From a virus (Duplodnaviria; Caudoviricetes), in IMG/VR virus record IMGVR_UViG_3300043493_000130, positions 4,348 to 68,347 of that record: a stretch of 64,000 nt of DNA; one strand, 5' to 3'. The notes under the pieces were generated by a model. That model worked only from the letters and a program-made list of their open reading frames with translations, made no database searches and had not been told where the DNA came from. Positions 53,857 through 63,364 of this stretch are shown here, in pieces. How positions within the stretch are numbered: position 1 is the stretch's first letter; each line of letters begins with the position of its first letter. The translations under genes and the position numbers were made by a program.

Positions 53857-54817
53857 GCTGTCCTCCAATGTCAGCCGGCAATCCAAAGTGCGCGCGCAAG
53901 GCCGCCGGCAGTACCTTGAACATGCGCAGAGCGGCGGGGCCGTCCTTCCATTCGCAAGGTCCGTAGAGCTCGCGGTAGGCCAGGACGGCGGCGCGGTATT
54001 CGATATTCAAACGCTGGCTTATTTCGCGGCGTCGTTCCGGATTCTCGGCCGCCCAGCGTTGGGCCATTTCACGACGGAGCTCCGGATTTTCCCAATATCG
54101 CTGTCGTGCCTGCTCACGCCTGAGCTCAAGGTTCTTGGCATAATCCCGGCGTGAAAAGTTACGGCTGAATTCGCGCCGGCGTTCCGGATTTTTAGCGATC
54201 CAGCGCTTCATGCTTTCACGGTTAAGCTTCCGGCGGCACTTTTGCGAGCACGTTTGGCTGCGATGGGTGAGAAACTCCGTGCCGCAAACGCGGCAGGACG
54301 CGGTCCGGGGCGGGTGGCGCCTGGCATACGATTGGCGCCCTCGCTCTCTACAGTATTCGCGGTACGTGACATCATGCTGCAGCCGATATTTCCGACGTTT
54401 GTTTATCCACACCCGGTCAAGCCGTTGACGCCTTAGCTCATTAATGTGGTCGCGATGCTCAGCACGCCGTTGGCGGCTCCTTTCCTTCGCCAGTTCCGGA
54501 TTTCTAATACGCCACCGACGCGCATGTGCACGCTTATGCTTTAGCCTGAGTTCCCGACGACAGAATTTCGAGCAGGTCATGGCGTTATGACCTTTACCCC
54601 TGGCGACGAACTCATTTTCACAGATGCAACAAGCGCGCGGTGGTAATTCCCGGCGCCGTCGTTCGCGGCTTAGGCGATAATACTTGCGCGCCCTTTCGTG
54701 CGCCCTTTCCCGACTGCAATCCGGCGAGCACGTCACGGGGGGGCCGCGGCCCTTGAGGATAAACCCCTTTCCGCAAACCCGGCACTTGCGCATAACCGGT
54801 GGTTTCGTTTTGCTCAT
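53846..54817 (-). CDS. Basic multi zinc-finger protein (CxxC...TCSxxC x3), no nuclease motif seen
   Basis: CRVCGKGF..TCSPDC; CCICENEF..TCSKFC; CRVCGTEF..TCSQKC; Arg-rich W..xNPE repeats. Confidence 0.7.
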   Translation of the reverse strand: MSKTKPPVMRKCRVCGKGFILKGRGPPVTCSPDCSRERAHERARKYYRLSRERRRRELPPRACCICENEFVARGKGHNAMTCSKFCRRELRLKHKRAHARRWRIRNPELAKERSRQRRAEHRDHINELRRQRLDRVWINKRRKYRLQHDVTYREYCRERGRQSYARRHPPRTASCRVCGTEFLTHRSQTCSQKCRRKLNRESMKRWIAKNPERRREFSRNFSRRDYAKNLELRREQARQRYWENPELRREMAQRWAAENPERRREISQRLNIEYRAAVLAYRELYGPCEWKDGPAALRMFKVLPAALRAHFGLPADIGGQHDV

Positions 54818-55302
54818 GGCGATTGCTCGCGCGTGCGGATGACAGCCTTTTTGATGTTGTCGGGCAGTTCGCGCGCCGGTTCGACTTCCACCAGCTTGCC
54901 GTCGCGAATTTCTAAGACCGGCTGCGCAACCGCCTTCGTCATCTCGGCCAAGACCCAGAACAGATCCGCGCGCGTTTCCGCTGCGACGGCCACCGGATCG
55001 GTCCAGCTTGTTGGGACCGGGTCGCCCTCGGTGTAATAGCATTCGTGAATGGCGTAGTTGACGTCCGCCCCGTCCTCGCTGCGGATCACCCGATAATTCC
55101 AATTCACGCTCGCCTCCGATTGCGGTTTAGGGATCACGGCGCCGTCCGCACGCGCGACCTCAGCCCAGGCCGCGGCCGCGCTAGCGGCGTCGGCGAGCGC
55201 CTCATCCACCGTCCCCCCCATCGCCGTGCAGCCGGGCAAATCAGGAATGACGACGCCGTAAGCGCCGGGCTCGCCATCGACGATGGCGCGGTAGCGAGTC
55301 AT
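54814..55302 (-). CDS. HicB-like N-terminal domain fused to a WNYRV-type phage domain
   Basis: YGVVIPDLPGCTAMG.TVDEAL.DA..A followed in frame by NWNYRVIRS...IHECYY. Confidence 0.72.
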   Translation of the reverse strand: MTRYRAIVDGEPGAYGVVIPDLPGCTAMGGTVDEALADAASAAAAWAEVARADGAVIPKPQSEASVNWNYRVIRSEDGADVNYAIHECYYTEGDPVPTSWTDPVAVAAETRADLFWVLAEMTKAVAQPVLEIRDGKLVEVEPARELPDNIKKAVIRTREQSP

Positions 55303-56117
55303 GTCAGGACCTTTATTGACACCGCGCGTGCGCGGTTGCGCTTGACGATCGTGCCGCCGCTGATGAGTTCGCCGCAGTCGTCGGGCAAAAGTTTTTTCAC
55401 GTCGGCGCTCGCGGCGGCGTGCAGCTCGGCCGCGGCGCGCGTCTCGCGCCATTGCGCAAGATTCCATTGCATGGTTGCACGCCAGTTCAGATTTTCGGTG
55501 GCGGGATCGTCGAGGTCGATTTTGGTCCAACGCTCGGGCGGCGGCGGGAGCGGGGGGAGCGGCACCGGCGGCGTCAGGTTCTCGACGCAGGCCCAAAACT
55601 GGTCGATGCGAAGCCAGATGCTTTCCTCATAATCCGGCGTGATGTTGGCAAACAATTCCTGCGGCTCGGCGCCGCCGTGGACGACGACGAGGGCGGCGAA
55701 CTCGGCCTCGGGCACGCAGGCGCGCTGCACGACGAGCTGCGGCGTGTAATAGGCGAGCCGGTCGTCGAGCCCTAAGCGGGAGTCGATCCACTTGGCGTCG
55801 AGGACGGCGCGGTCGCTGGCGCGGTAGCCGTCGAGCGTCGCGGCGACGTGCGGCCGCGTCGGGTGAAAGACGACTTCGCCGCGGCGCGAGATTTCCGATT
55901 TGGTTTTTTGCTCGCGCCAGTCGAGAGCGAGGCCTTCGACGTGCGAGCCGAGCGCCATCGGCCAGCTCTTCGAGAAGTCCTCGGGCTCCCACGTCGGGTC
56001 GCCGACCAATTCCTTCCACTTCGAGAGGATCGCCGCGCTGTTGCCGGAGATGAGCTGGGGCACGAAGGACGCGGTGATTTTTCCATCGCGGAGGATTTTT
56101 TGAGCGGGGCTCAGCAT
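55299..56117 (-). CDS. YqaJ-like viral exonuclease
   Basis: RDGKITAS; G.HVE; ATLDG; DAK; YY.PQL..Q; partner of Bet. Confidence 0.88.
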   Translation of the reverse strand: MLSPAQKILRDGKITASFVPQLISGNSAAILSKWKELVGDPTWEPEDFSKSWPMALGSHVEGLALDWREQKTKSEISRRGEVVFHPTRPHVAATLDGYRASDRAVLDAKWIDSRLGLDDRLAYYTPQLVVQRACVPEAEFAALVVVHGGAEPQELFANITPDYEESIWLRIDQFWACVENLTPPVPLPPLPPPPERWTKIDLDDPATENLNWRATMQWNLAQWRETRAAAELHAAASADVKKLLPDDCGELISGGTIVKRNRARAVSIKVLT

Positions 56118-56688
56118 GGCACAATGGTTCCTTGTTCGCGCAAAGCGCGCGCGGCGGCGTAGTCATGCAATGGCGCTTAGAGGGAGAAAGATGATCTCAT
56201 TCGGTAGGGTTTCCCTTCCGCGCACAAAGCGGGTGCGGTTGGAGGTGTGGAATTCCCAAACCCGGCGAGCAAGTGTCTCGAAAAAAATTAAAGCGCAGGA
56301 AGATTGAATGCGCAAGCCTGCGCCGCCCTGCACGGATATGAGCGAAGAGCGAAATTGCGTAGTTGATACTGAAAGAGTTTTTTTGCGAGGAGGCGCGCTC
56401 TCGGCGCGGCCAGCTTTTTTCGCGCCGCCCGGAAAATTTCATGCGCGCATCTTCTTGCGCGGACTTTTGAATTTTTGGCCGGTGGTAAGATAGTCCGGCA
56501 CAAATTTTCAGTCTCACATTGGCGCACAGACGCGCAGAGCGGCGCACGCGCTCACGCGAGGGGCTTTGTTTGATTTGCGCGCGCCGGTGTGGCTAATTTT
56601 TTTTCGCATAGCTGTCATTTGGTGACTTCCAAGCGCTCGACAATTTATCGGCCATAGCCGCGCGTGCTTGCGCGCGAGGAGCCCGCGC

Positions 56689-57132
56689 GTGAGCAGAGCA
56701 GCCCGGCAGCTCAATCTGTTCAAGTCGAAGCGCCAGCGCGGAGTGGCGCCGCCGCCGCCGCTCGAGTTCGAGGTCCAGTGCATGGTCGCGGACGACTTGC
56801 GGCGCTGGGCGGTGCCGGGCTGGCAATGGACGCATATCCCGCTCGGCGAGGAGCGCTCGGCGATTACCGGCGCGCGCTTGAAGCGGATGGGCGCGCAGCC
56901 GGGCTGGCCGGATTTCATTTTGATTCCGCCGCTCCGGCTTCAACTACTTTCGGTACCGCACTTCCTCGAATTGAAGCGCAAGGGGAGCGCGCGGCTGACG
57001 CCCGCGCAGCAGGCGTTTGCAGACTGGTGCGGCGAGAACGAATGCCCGCACGCGGTCGCCGATAGCTACCGGGACGCTTTCCAAATTCTGCAAGGCTGGG
57101 GCGCGTTGCGCTCGGACGTGAGGGTGACATGA
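56689..57132 (+). CDS. VRR-NUC nuclease
   Basis: E..VQ; G...G.PD; FLELKR...RLTPAQ. Confidence 0.88.
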   Translation: MSRAARQLNLFKSKRQRGVAPPPPLEFEVQCMVADDLRRWAVPGWQWTHIPLGEERSAITGARLKRMGAQPGWPDFILIPPLRLQLLSVPHFLELKRKGSARLTPAQQAFADWCGENECPHAVADSYRDAFQILQGWGALRSDVRVT

Positions 57133-57431
57133 GCGACGGCACATGCCCGCATTGCGGCCGGCCGCTGCTCGCGGCGCGCCTCGGCGTCCGCCTCTCCCCG
57201 CTCAAGACGCGCATCTTCGACGCCCTCACGCGCGCCGGGCCGGACGGCATCGACGCGGACGAATTATTCGCGATGGTTTTTTCCGGGCGGGCGGTGCTGC
57301 GCACGGTGCTCAAGTCGCACGTCAGTCAGATCAACGAGCTGCTCGCGGAGACCGACTACCGGATCGTCGGCGTGCGCGGGCAAGGGCGCTGGTACACGCT
57401 CGTGCACAGGAAAGTGGAGGAGGCGGCATGA
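57129..57431 (+). CDS. Zn-ribbon + winged-helix DNA-binding protein
   Basis: CPHCG; LSPLKTRIFDAL; LKSHVSQINELL; IVGVRG.G. Confidence 0.75.
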   Translation: MSDGTCPHCGRPLLAARLGVRLSPLKTRIFDALTRAGPDGIDADELFAMVFSGRAVLRTVLKSHVSQINELLAETDYRIVGVRGQGRWYTLVHRKVEEAA

Positions 57432-58306
57432 GGAAGCATGTCAAAGTTCTGGCGAATTTTCTAGGAGCGGCCAAGGAATTAACCGGCGAATATGTCGACC
57501 TCGCCGAGATCACGGAGAACGAGCAGAATCAAATTCGGCTTAGCCTCACATCGCGGCCCGACCGCAAGGAGACCGCGAAGCTGATGGCGGCGAAGGGAAT
57601 GTCCACCCGCGAGATCGCAAAGATCACAGGGTGGCACTTCACCACGATTGCGGAGGACTTGCGTGTAGGAAAACCTACAAAATCTGTAGGAAATCCTACA
57701 CCACCATCCACCACCCGCGCCGACAAGGACGAGCGCGCCGCAGAGGTAGCAGCGGCGGCGGCGGAAGAGGGCGTCACACCGGCGCCCACGGGCCAGTATC
57801 GCATCATCTATGCCGATCCGCCTTGGTCTTACGGCAACACGATGCCGAAGGGCACAACGGAGCCGCGCGATCACTATCCAGTCATGGAATTGCAAGCGAT
57901 CTGCGACCTCCCGGTCAGGGATTGGGTCGAGGACAACGCGGTGTTGTTCTTGTGGGTGACCTCACCAATCCTCTTTGACTCGCGCGACGTCGTTGAAGCG
58001 TGGGGCTTCGAGTACAAAGGCTCGTTTATTTGGGACAAGATCAAGCACAACATGGGGCATTACAATTCGGTGCGCCACGAGCTTCTTTTGATCTGCACGC
58101 GCGGATCATGCCAGCCCGATAAGCAGCAACTGTTTGACAGCGTGCAAAGCATCGAGCGCGGCAAGCACAGCGAAAAGCCCGTCGACTTCTTCGACATCAT
58201 CGAAACTAACTACACGCACGGCCGCAAACTACAAATCTTTGGCCGCCGCAAGCGTGAGGGGTGGGAGACCTATGGACACGTTGCCGAGCTAGAGGCTGCG
58301 GAGTGA
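57428..58306 (+). CDS. HTH + MT-A70 family adenine methyltransferase
   Basis: YRIIYADPPW; AVLFLWVT; WGFEYK; HSEKP; LQIFGR. Confidence 0.92.
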   Translation: MRKHVKVLANFLGAAKELTGEYVDLAEITENEQNQIRLSLTSRPDRKETAKLMAAKGMSTREIAKITGWHFTTIAEDLRVGKPTKSVGNPTPPSTTRADKDERAAEVAAAAAEEGVTPAPTGQYRIIYADPPWSYGNTMPKGTTEPRDHYPVMELQAICDLPVRDWVEDNAVLFLWVTSPILFDSRDVVEAWGFEYKGSFIWDKIKHNMGHYNSVRHELLLICTRGSCQPDKQQLFDSVQSIERGKHSEKPVDFFDIIETNYTHGRKLQIFGRRKREGWETYGHVAELEAAE

Positions 58307-58929
58307 TGAACGATATTCCCCAGTACCCCGACGCGCCCGACCCGCAAACCTACGAGCACGGGATGGAATATCAGGATTGGGTACGCCCACGCCTCGCGTG
58401 CGTCGGCTTCAACGTGCAAGTCAACACGTCGAAAAAATTCCAACTGCAACAAGGCGAGAGCGCGCAGGGCGTCGAGATCAAGCTGGACAATCGCTGCTGC
58501 ACCCCTCCTTACAATCAAGTCTCCATCGAGATTGAAGAGAAGAGCCGGCGGTCGATGGAGCGATGGACGCCGAGCGGAATCTTCGCCGCCGACAATCACC
58601 TCTGGTATGTCGTCGGCAGCTACAAGATCGTCTTCATATTCGCGCGCAAACACCTGAAGTCGATCTTCCGTCATGAAAATCCGAGAGTGGTCGAATACAA
58701 CGGGACCATGCGCCGGTTTTTCATTCCCGCGCGCCGTGCCCTTGCCGTTGCCGGCGTCGTACTCGCGACCAGGGATTCTCCGTTCGGCCAGCAGCTTGCC
58801 CTTCAGTTCGAAGGCAGCACCAAGTCGCTGTTCGGATGGGACGGCGGCGAGCACCAGATCGTGCGCGCCCGGCCCAACGGGGACAATCTGGTGCTGGAAG
58901 TTTCACAAAAGCTCACGGATGCAACATGA
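58306..58929 (+). CDS. PD-(D/E)xK nuclease-like protein
   Basis: G.EYQD; VEIKLD; SIEIEEK; W.PSGI; coupled to MT-A70. Confidence 0.65.
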   Translation: MNDIPQYPDAPDPQTYEHGMEYQDWVRPRLACVGFNVQVNTSKKFQLQQGESAQGVEIKLDNRCCTPPYNQVSIEIEEKSRRSMERWTPSGIFAADNHLWYVVGSYKIVFIFARKHLKSIFRHENPRVVEYNGTMRRFFIPARRALAVAGVVLATRDSPFGQQLALQFEGSTKSLFGWDGGEHQIVRARPNGDNLVLEVSQKLTDAT

Positions 58930-58971
58930 CTTGGATAGCCACATGAAACCAAACTAGGAGGAGGACCACAA

Positions 58972-59877
58972 ATGACACAGGCAGCAAATGGAGCGCACAA
59001 GTCACGTCCCGCCAAGCCCATCTTTTCCGCGGACGAGCAGAAGCTGTTGAAGAAAATTCTCGATCAAAATCCACCCATCGTGGAGTTGTCGGCCGGCGAC
59101 CTCAACGTCGACCTGAGCTACCAAGACCGGCCGCGGGACCGCATTGTCACTCAGATTGTGAACCATTTCTCGCCCGCTTTTTTGGGCGTTCTAAAGATCG
59201 CGCAGCGTCCCGATGGGACCTATTGGGTCTGCGATGGGGCGACGCGCGTCCAAGCGCTTTTGGCCCGAGGCGATAAGGAGCGGCTGGTGCGCTGCGAAGT
59301 GTTCCAGACCGAAGGCCAGCGGCAAGAAGCGTTGCTGTTTGCCTTTTTCAACTCCAAGCGCTCAAAAGAGCCGACCAAGCTCATCACCAATCTCCAGGCA
59401 TACAGCGTCGCCGGCACCGACAAAGGGTTCGGCGCGGCGATTGAGCACTGCGGGTTCAGTCTCACCAAGGGCAGGCGTCAGTTGCATGGCCCGAGCTACG
59501 TGATGCAGGCGTGGCAATTGGACGGCGACGGCACCGCCATGAAGAAGGCTCTGTTCACGCTCAAGGAGGCGTGGCGCGATTTGTATCCCGTTCACGGCTA
59601 CATGGTGAAAGGCGTAGCTCTACTTTATCACACGCAACGGCGGTCCATCGACGAACAACTGCGGCGCGTTCTGCAACGAACGCCGCCCGAAGAAATAATG
59701 GATCGCGTCACCCGGCGATATGCAGCCGCTGGCGCCAAGCGCTCCCGCATCCACCCTGACGACAAGCCACACCTCGTCGCCCGAATTCTCGCGGACGCAA
59801 TCAACCGGAATCCAGGCAAGTCAGGAACGATTGATATCAACAAGCTTGCTCAAGCTGACCAGCATGCCGGAGCCTAA
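58972..59877 (+). CDS. ParB-like domain protein (DUF6551-like)
   Basis: VDLSYQ; I..HF.P...G.L.I.QR.DG.YWVCDG.TR; EA.LF..FN. Confidence 0.78.
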   Translation: MTQAANGAHKSRPAKPIFSADEQKLLKKILDQNPPIVELSAGDLNVDLSYQDRPRDRIVTQIVNHFSPAFLGVLKIAQRPDGTYWVCDGATRVQALLARGDKERLVRCEVFQTEGQRQEALLFAFFNSKRSKEPTKLITNLQAYSVAGTDKGFGAAIEHCGFSLTKGRRQLHGPSYVMQAWQLDGDGTAMKKALFTLKEAWRDLYPVHGYMVKGVALLYHTQRRSIDEQLRRVLQRTPPEEIMDRVTRRYAAAGAKRSRIHPDDKPHLVARILADAINRNPGKSGTIDINKLAQADQHAGA

Positions 59878-59880
59878 GCA

Positions 59881-60771
59881 ATGGACGACATCGGCGAACG
59901 AGATGCCCTCGCCATCGGCAGGCTTTACAGCAGCGCGCGAGGGTCGAGCAGCGGCCGTGTTTTTTACCTCAAGGACGCGGGTGACCGCCTGCTGCTCAAA
60001 AAGGAGTCGCTTGGCCACGGCCTCTGGCTTGCATGGCTTCGCAGCAATCAAAGCCTGCTCGGCCTGACACCTCGCGCGGCGCAAAATCTGATCCAGGGCG
60101 CGCAATGGCTGGCCTCTAATTGGCAGATCGCTAACAGGCTCGAAGAAATTGTCACCGACCCTTTCGCCACCGGCGAGGCTCTCGCGGCAGCAGACGAAAT
60201 CAGGCAGCTCATCGCTGCTCAATTCCGGCCGGCAGTTCGCGGGACGCTTGGCCGGCGGCAGCAGCGGATGGAGTGGTACACGCCGCACGAATATATCGCG
60301 CTCGCCCGCGCTGTGCTCGGCGACATTGACATCGACCCGGCCTCTACCGAGTACGCGCAGGAGACGGTCAAGGCACGGCAGTTCTTCGACAAAGCGCAAA
60401 ACGGGCTGCTGAATCCATGGTACGGGCGCGTGTGGCTCAACCCGCCTTACGCGCAGCCGCTGATCAGCAGATTCATCAACAAGCTGCTCATGGAGTGGAA
60501 TGCCGGGCGGATTCAGTCCTGCATTACGCTCACTCACAATTACACCGACAGCGTATGGTTTCACGACGCTGCGGCCGCTGCCGACGCGGTTTGCTTCACG
60601 CAAGGGCGCATCAAGTTCTACGATCCGGACGGCGAGCTCGCCAAGCCGACACAAGGCCAGGCCTTTTTCTATTTTGGCTCTGAGGTCGATACGTTCAAGC
60701 AAACATTTGGGCGCGTTGGCCTGATCGTCAGGTCAGACGAATTGTCCCGGCGGCGGATGGTTGCGCCATGA
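59881..60771 (+). CDS. DUF3102-like N-terminus + phage Dam-type N6-adenine methyltransferase
   Basis: G..L...KE.LGHG.WL.W; EWYTP; IDIDPAS; VWLNPPY. Confidence 0.9.
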   Translation: MDDIGERDALAIGRLYSSARGSSSGRVFYLKDAGDRLLLKKESLGHGLWLAWLRSNQSLLGLTPRAAQNLIQGAQWLASNWQIANRLEEIVTDPFATGEALAAADEIRQLIAAQFRPAVRGTLGRRQQRMEWYTPHEYIALARAVLGDIDIDPASTEYAQETVKARQFFDKAQNGLLNPWYGRVWLNPPYAQPLISRFINKLLMEWNAGRIQSCITLTHNYTDSVWFHDAAAAADAVCFTQGRIKFYDPDGELAKPTQGQAFFYFGSEVDTFKQTFGRVGLIVRSDELSRRRMVAP

Positions 60772-60950
60772 AGAAGCGGCAGCAGCCTGACGACAAAATT
60801 CCCGTGGTGTGTGCACGCTGCGGTTGGCGCGGCAAACGCAGCCGCACGACCGGGTGGCCCGCTTGTCCGCGCTGCGGCGCGCGCGCCGAACTCATCGTGC
60901 CGCGAAAAGACAACGTGCAGCCAATCAAGCCAGCCTTTCGGGTGAACTAG
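60768..60950 (+). CDS. Small Zn-ribbon protein
   Basis: CARCG...CPRCG. Confidence 0.6.
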   Translation: MKKRQQPDDKIPVVCARCGWRGKRSRTTGWPACPRCGARAELIVPRKDNVQPIKPAFRVN

Positions 60951-61163
60951 ATGATCGCCTGGCGCTCGTGCACCAAGTGGACGCGCATCGTGCCGCACGA
61001 TCGCGCCGAGGATTACGCCCGCCTCGGCTGGGCCCTCGCGGACGCGTTCGAGCCCGGCGGCTGGCACGCCGAATGGTGCGTGCTCGCCGCTTGGCTCTGC
61101 GACTGCCCCCTGCGCGAGCCCGCGGGGCCGCATAGCGCTGTGAAACACAAACGCGAGCAATAG
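60951..61163 (+). CDS. Small Trp/His/Cys protein, paralog of 22382-22612
   Basis: Shared motif, see 22382. Confidence 0.6.
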   Translation: MIAWRSCTKWTRIVPHDRAEDYARLGWALADAFEPGGWHAEWCVLAAWLCDCPLREPAGPHSAVKHKREQ

Positions 61164-61199
61164 CTTCCAACATTTCACGTGGAACACTGGAGGCCGCGC

Positions 61200-61394
61200 A
61201 TGAGCAATGTCAGACACCTGCACCGCGGCCTGCCGGCGCTCCGCTGCGTCCAATGTCGCCGCTCGCCGCGGCACAGCGCCTATACCCGCTGCCGCGGCTG
61301 CATGGCGCGGATCTGGCGCGCCGCCGCCGCCAAGGCTGCGCGCTCGCGCAAGATCCGCCGCGAGGCCATGTCCGTTGCAGAGTTTGCGTCATGA
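61200..61394 (+). CDS. Small Zn-finger protein
   Basis: CVQC...CRGC; GGAGG RBS. Confidence 0.55.
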   Translation: MSNVRHLHRGLPALRCVQCRRSPRHSAYTRCRGCMARIWRAAAAKAARSRKIRREAMSVAEFAS

Positions 61395-61597
61395 CCGGGC
61401 ATCGCCACGACGACGACTTCCCCGGCGTGCCCGCGGCCGCCTCGGTTAGCCTGCAGTTTTGCGAATGCGGCGTGCTCACCGTCTCGATGCATGACAAGGC
61501 CGGCGCCTGCATCACCTTCGCCGCGCTCGACCGCGCCGAGGTGATCCGCATGGTCCAGAGCTTCGTGCAGCCCGCGGGCCCGGAGGCGGTGCACTGA
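61391..61597 (+). CDS. Hypothetical protein
   Basis: ATGA overlap; MTGHRHDDDFP... Confidence 0.5.
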   Translation: MTGHRHDDDFPGVPAAASVSLQFCECGVLTVSMHDKAGACITFAALDRAEVIRMVQSFVQPAGPEAVH

Positions 61598-61598
61598 C

Positions 61599-62990
61599 AT
61601 GGCGGACGAGGAAAAGCCCGACAACGTCATCCCGCTGGTGCCGAAAAAGCCGACGGCGGCCAAGGGCGACGTCGGCGACCCCGGCTTCGCCATCACCGCC
61701 GAAATGATGCTTAGCAAATTCGAGGAGCGCTATGCCGGCAAGCTCCGCTTCGTCCCCGCTTGGGGCTTTTGGCTCGAGTGGACGGGCAAGGTTTGGAGCC
61801 GCGACTATTGCGCCGTCAACAAGGTGGTCACGCTCCTCGCCGAGCTCGGCAAGGAGCGCAAGAACAAGGACCGCACCAAAATCGACTCGCACCACATGAT
61901 CAGCGGCACCGAGCGCCTCGCCCGCAGCTCGCCGGTCTTCTCCGCCGCGGTCGAGCGCTTCGATGCGGATCCGTGGCTGCTCAATACCCCCGGCGGCGTC
62001 GTCGAGCTCCAGACCGGGAATTTGCGGCCGGGCCGGCCCGAGGACTACTGCACCAAATTAACCGCGGCCGCGCCGGACTTCGACGCCCCCGCCCCGCTCT
62101 GGGACAAATTCATTAAAACCGTCACCGGCGGCGACGACGCCCTCGCCGAATACTTGCTCCGCGTCCTCGGATACTGCCTGACCGGCGAAACTAGCGAGCA
62201 ATGCCTGTTTTTCCTGTTCGGTACCGGCGCCAACGGCAAGTCGGTATTCTTGAATACCGCCCAGCATATCCTCGGCGACTACGCCGCCACCGCCGCCATG
62301 GAAACCTTCGCCCACACCGTCCATGAAAAGCACGCGCAGGACTTGGCCTCGCTCCGCGGCGCCCGCTTGGTCCTCGCCTCCGAAACCGAGGAAAGCAAGG
62401 GCTGGAACGAAGCCAAGGTCAAGCAGCTCACCGGCGGCGATAAGATCCGCGCTAACTTCATGCGCCAGGACTCGTTCGAATACCGCCCCGCTTTTAAGCT
62501 CCTCATCGCCGGCAACCATAAGCCAAAGCTCCGCTCCGTCGACGAAGCCATCCAACGCCGCCAGCAAATCATCCCGTTCGCCATCACGATCGAAAAGCGC
62601 GACACCGCCCTCACCGCCAAGCTCCGCGCCGAAGCCGGCCCAATCCTCGCCGCCATGGTCCGCGGATGCCTCGCCTGGCAGGCCGAGCGGCTCAATCCCC
62701 CCGAGGCCGTCCTGGCGGCGGTCAAGGACTACCTCGAAGAGGAGGACATCCTCGGCCAATGGCTCGACGAATGCTGCACCCTCTCACCCGGCGCCTTTGC
62801 ATCAACCGAAGACCTCTTCGGCTCATGGAAAATCTGGGCCGAAAACCACGGCGAACCCCTCGGCAAGCAAGCCGGCCTCACCCGCCGCCTCAAGAACAGA
62901 CCCGGCCTCCGCTACACGAAAAAGCCGCGCCGAGGCTTCAACGGAATATCAACCCACGCAACTCTTAAGGATGCAGATGACCAAATCTAA
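61599..62990 (+). CDS. P4/D5-family primase-helicase (D5_N + SF3 helicase)
   Basis: FDADPWLLNTPGG; FGTGANGKS Walker A; RLVLASE; GGDKIRA.FMR.D.FEY; AGNHKP. Confidence 0.93.
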   Translation: MADEEKPDNVIPLVPKKPTAAKGDVGDPGFAITAEMMLSKFEERYAGKLRFVPAWGFWLEWTGKVWSRDYCAVNKVVTLLAELGKERKNKDRTKIDSHHMISGTERLARSSPVFSAAVERFDADPWLLNTPGGVVELQTGNLRPGRPEDYCTKLTAAAPDFDAPAPLWDKFIKTVTGGDDALAEYLLRVLGYCLTGETSEQCLFFLFGTGANGKSVFLNTAQHILGDYAATAAMETFAHTVHEKHAQDLASLRGARLVLASETEESKGWNEAKVKQLTGGDKIRANFMRQDSFEYRPAFKLLIAGNHKPKLRSVDEAIQRRQQIIPFAITIEKRDTALTAKLRAEAGPILAAMVRGCLAWQAERLNPPEAVLAAVKDYLEEEDILGQWLDECCTLSPGAFASTEDLFGSWKIWAENHGEPLGKQAGLTRRLKNRPGLRYTKKPRRGFNGISTHATLKDADDQI

Positions 62991-63336
62991 AACCATCACG
63001 CTCGTGCCCGCGCTACCGGGCTGGTCCGTCGCTCACCTCACATTCAGCGACAGCAATTACGACCCCGCCACCGCTAGCTTGGCATTCGACCCAATCCTCG
63101 CCTGGGAAATCACACGCGGGGAAGACTACTACGGGAAAGACTACTACGACGTCTCGCCCATCACCCTCGACGGCATCCCAAGCGACAGTGACCATTGGGC
63201 GATCAAGCGGTCGGACGGCATATTCGAAATCCCGGCGACCCGCACCTTCGGGACCGAGGAAGAGACCCTCGACTACCTCCGCGAATCCTACCGCGAGGCC
63301 CGCGAGGAGGCCCGCAAAAAGGCCGCCACCACCTAG
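62977..63336 (+). CDS. Hypothetical protein
   Basis: MTKSKTITLVPALPGW... Confidence 0.6.
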   Translation: MTKSKTITLVPALPGWSVAHLTFSDSNYDPATASLAFDPILAWEITRGEDYYGKDYYDVSPITLDGIPSDSDHWAIKRSDGIFEIPATRTFGTEEETLDYLRESYREAREEARKKAATT

Positions 63337-63364
63337 CTATGCAAGCCTGCGGGGACTCCGCAGG

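Noticed and set aside
56197-56547. ORFs in the divergent control region as a repressor
   Set aside because: No HTH pattern, no clear RBS and composition unlike the coding genes.
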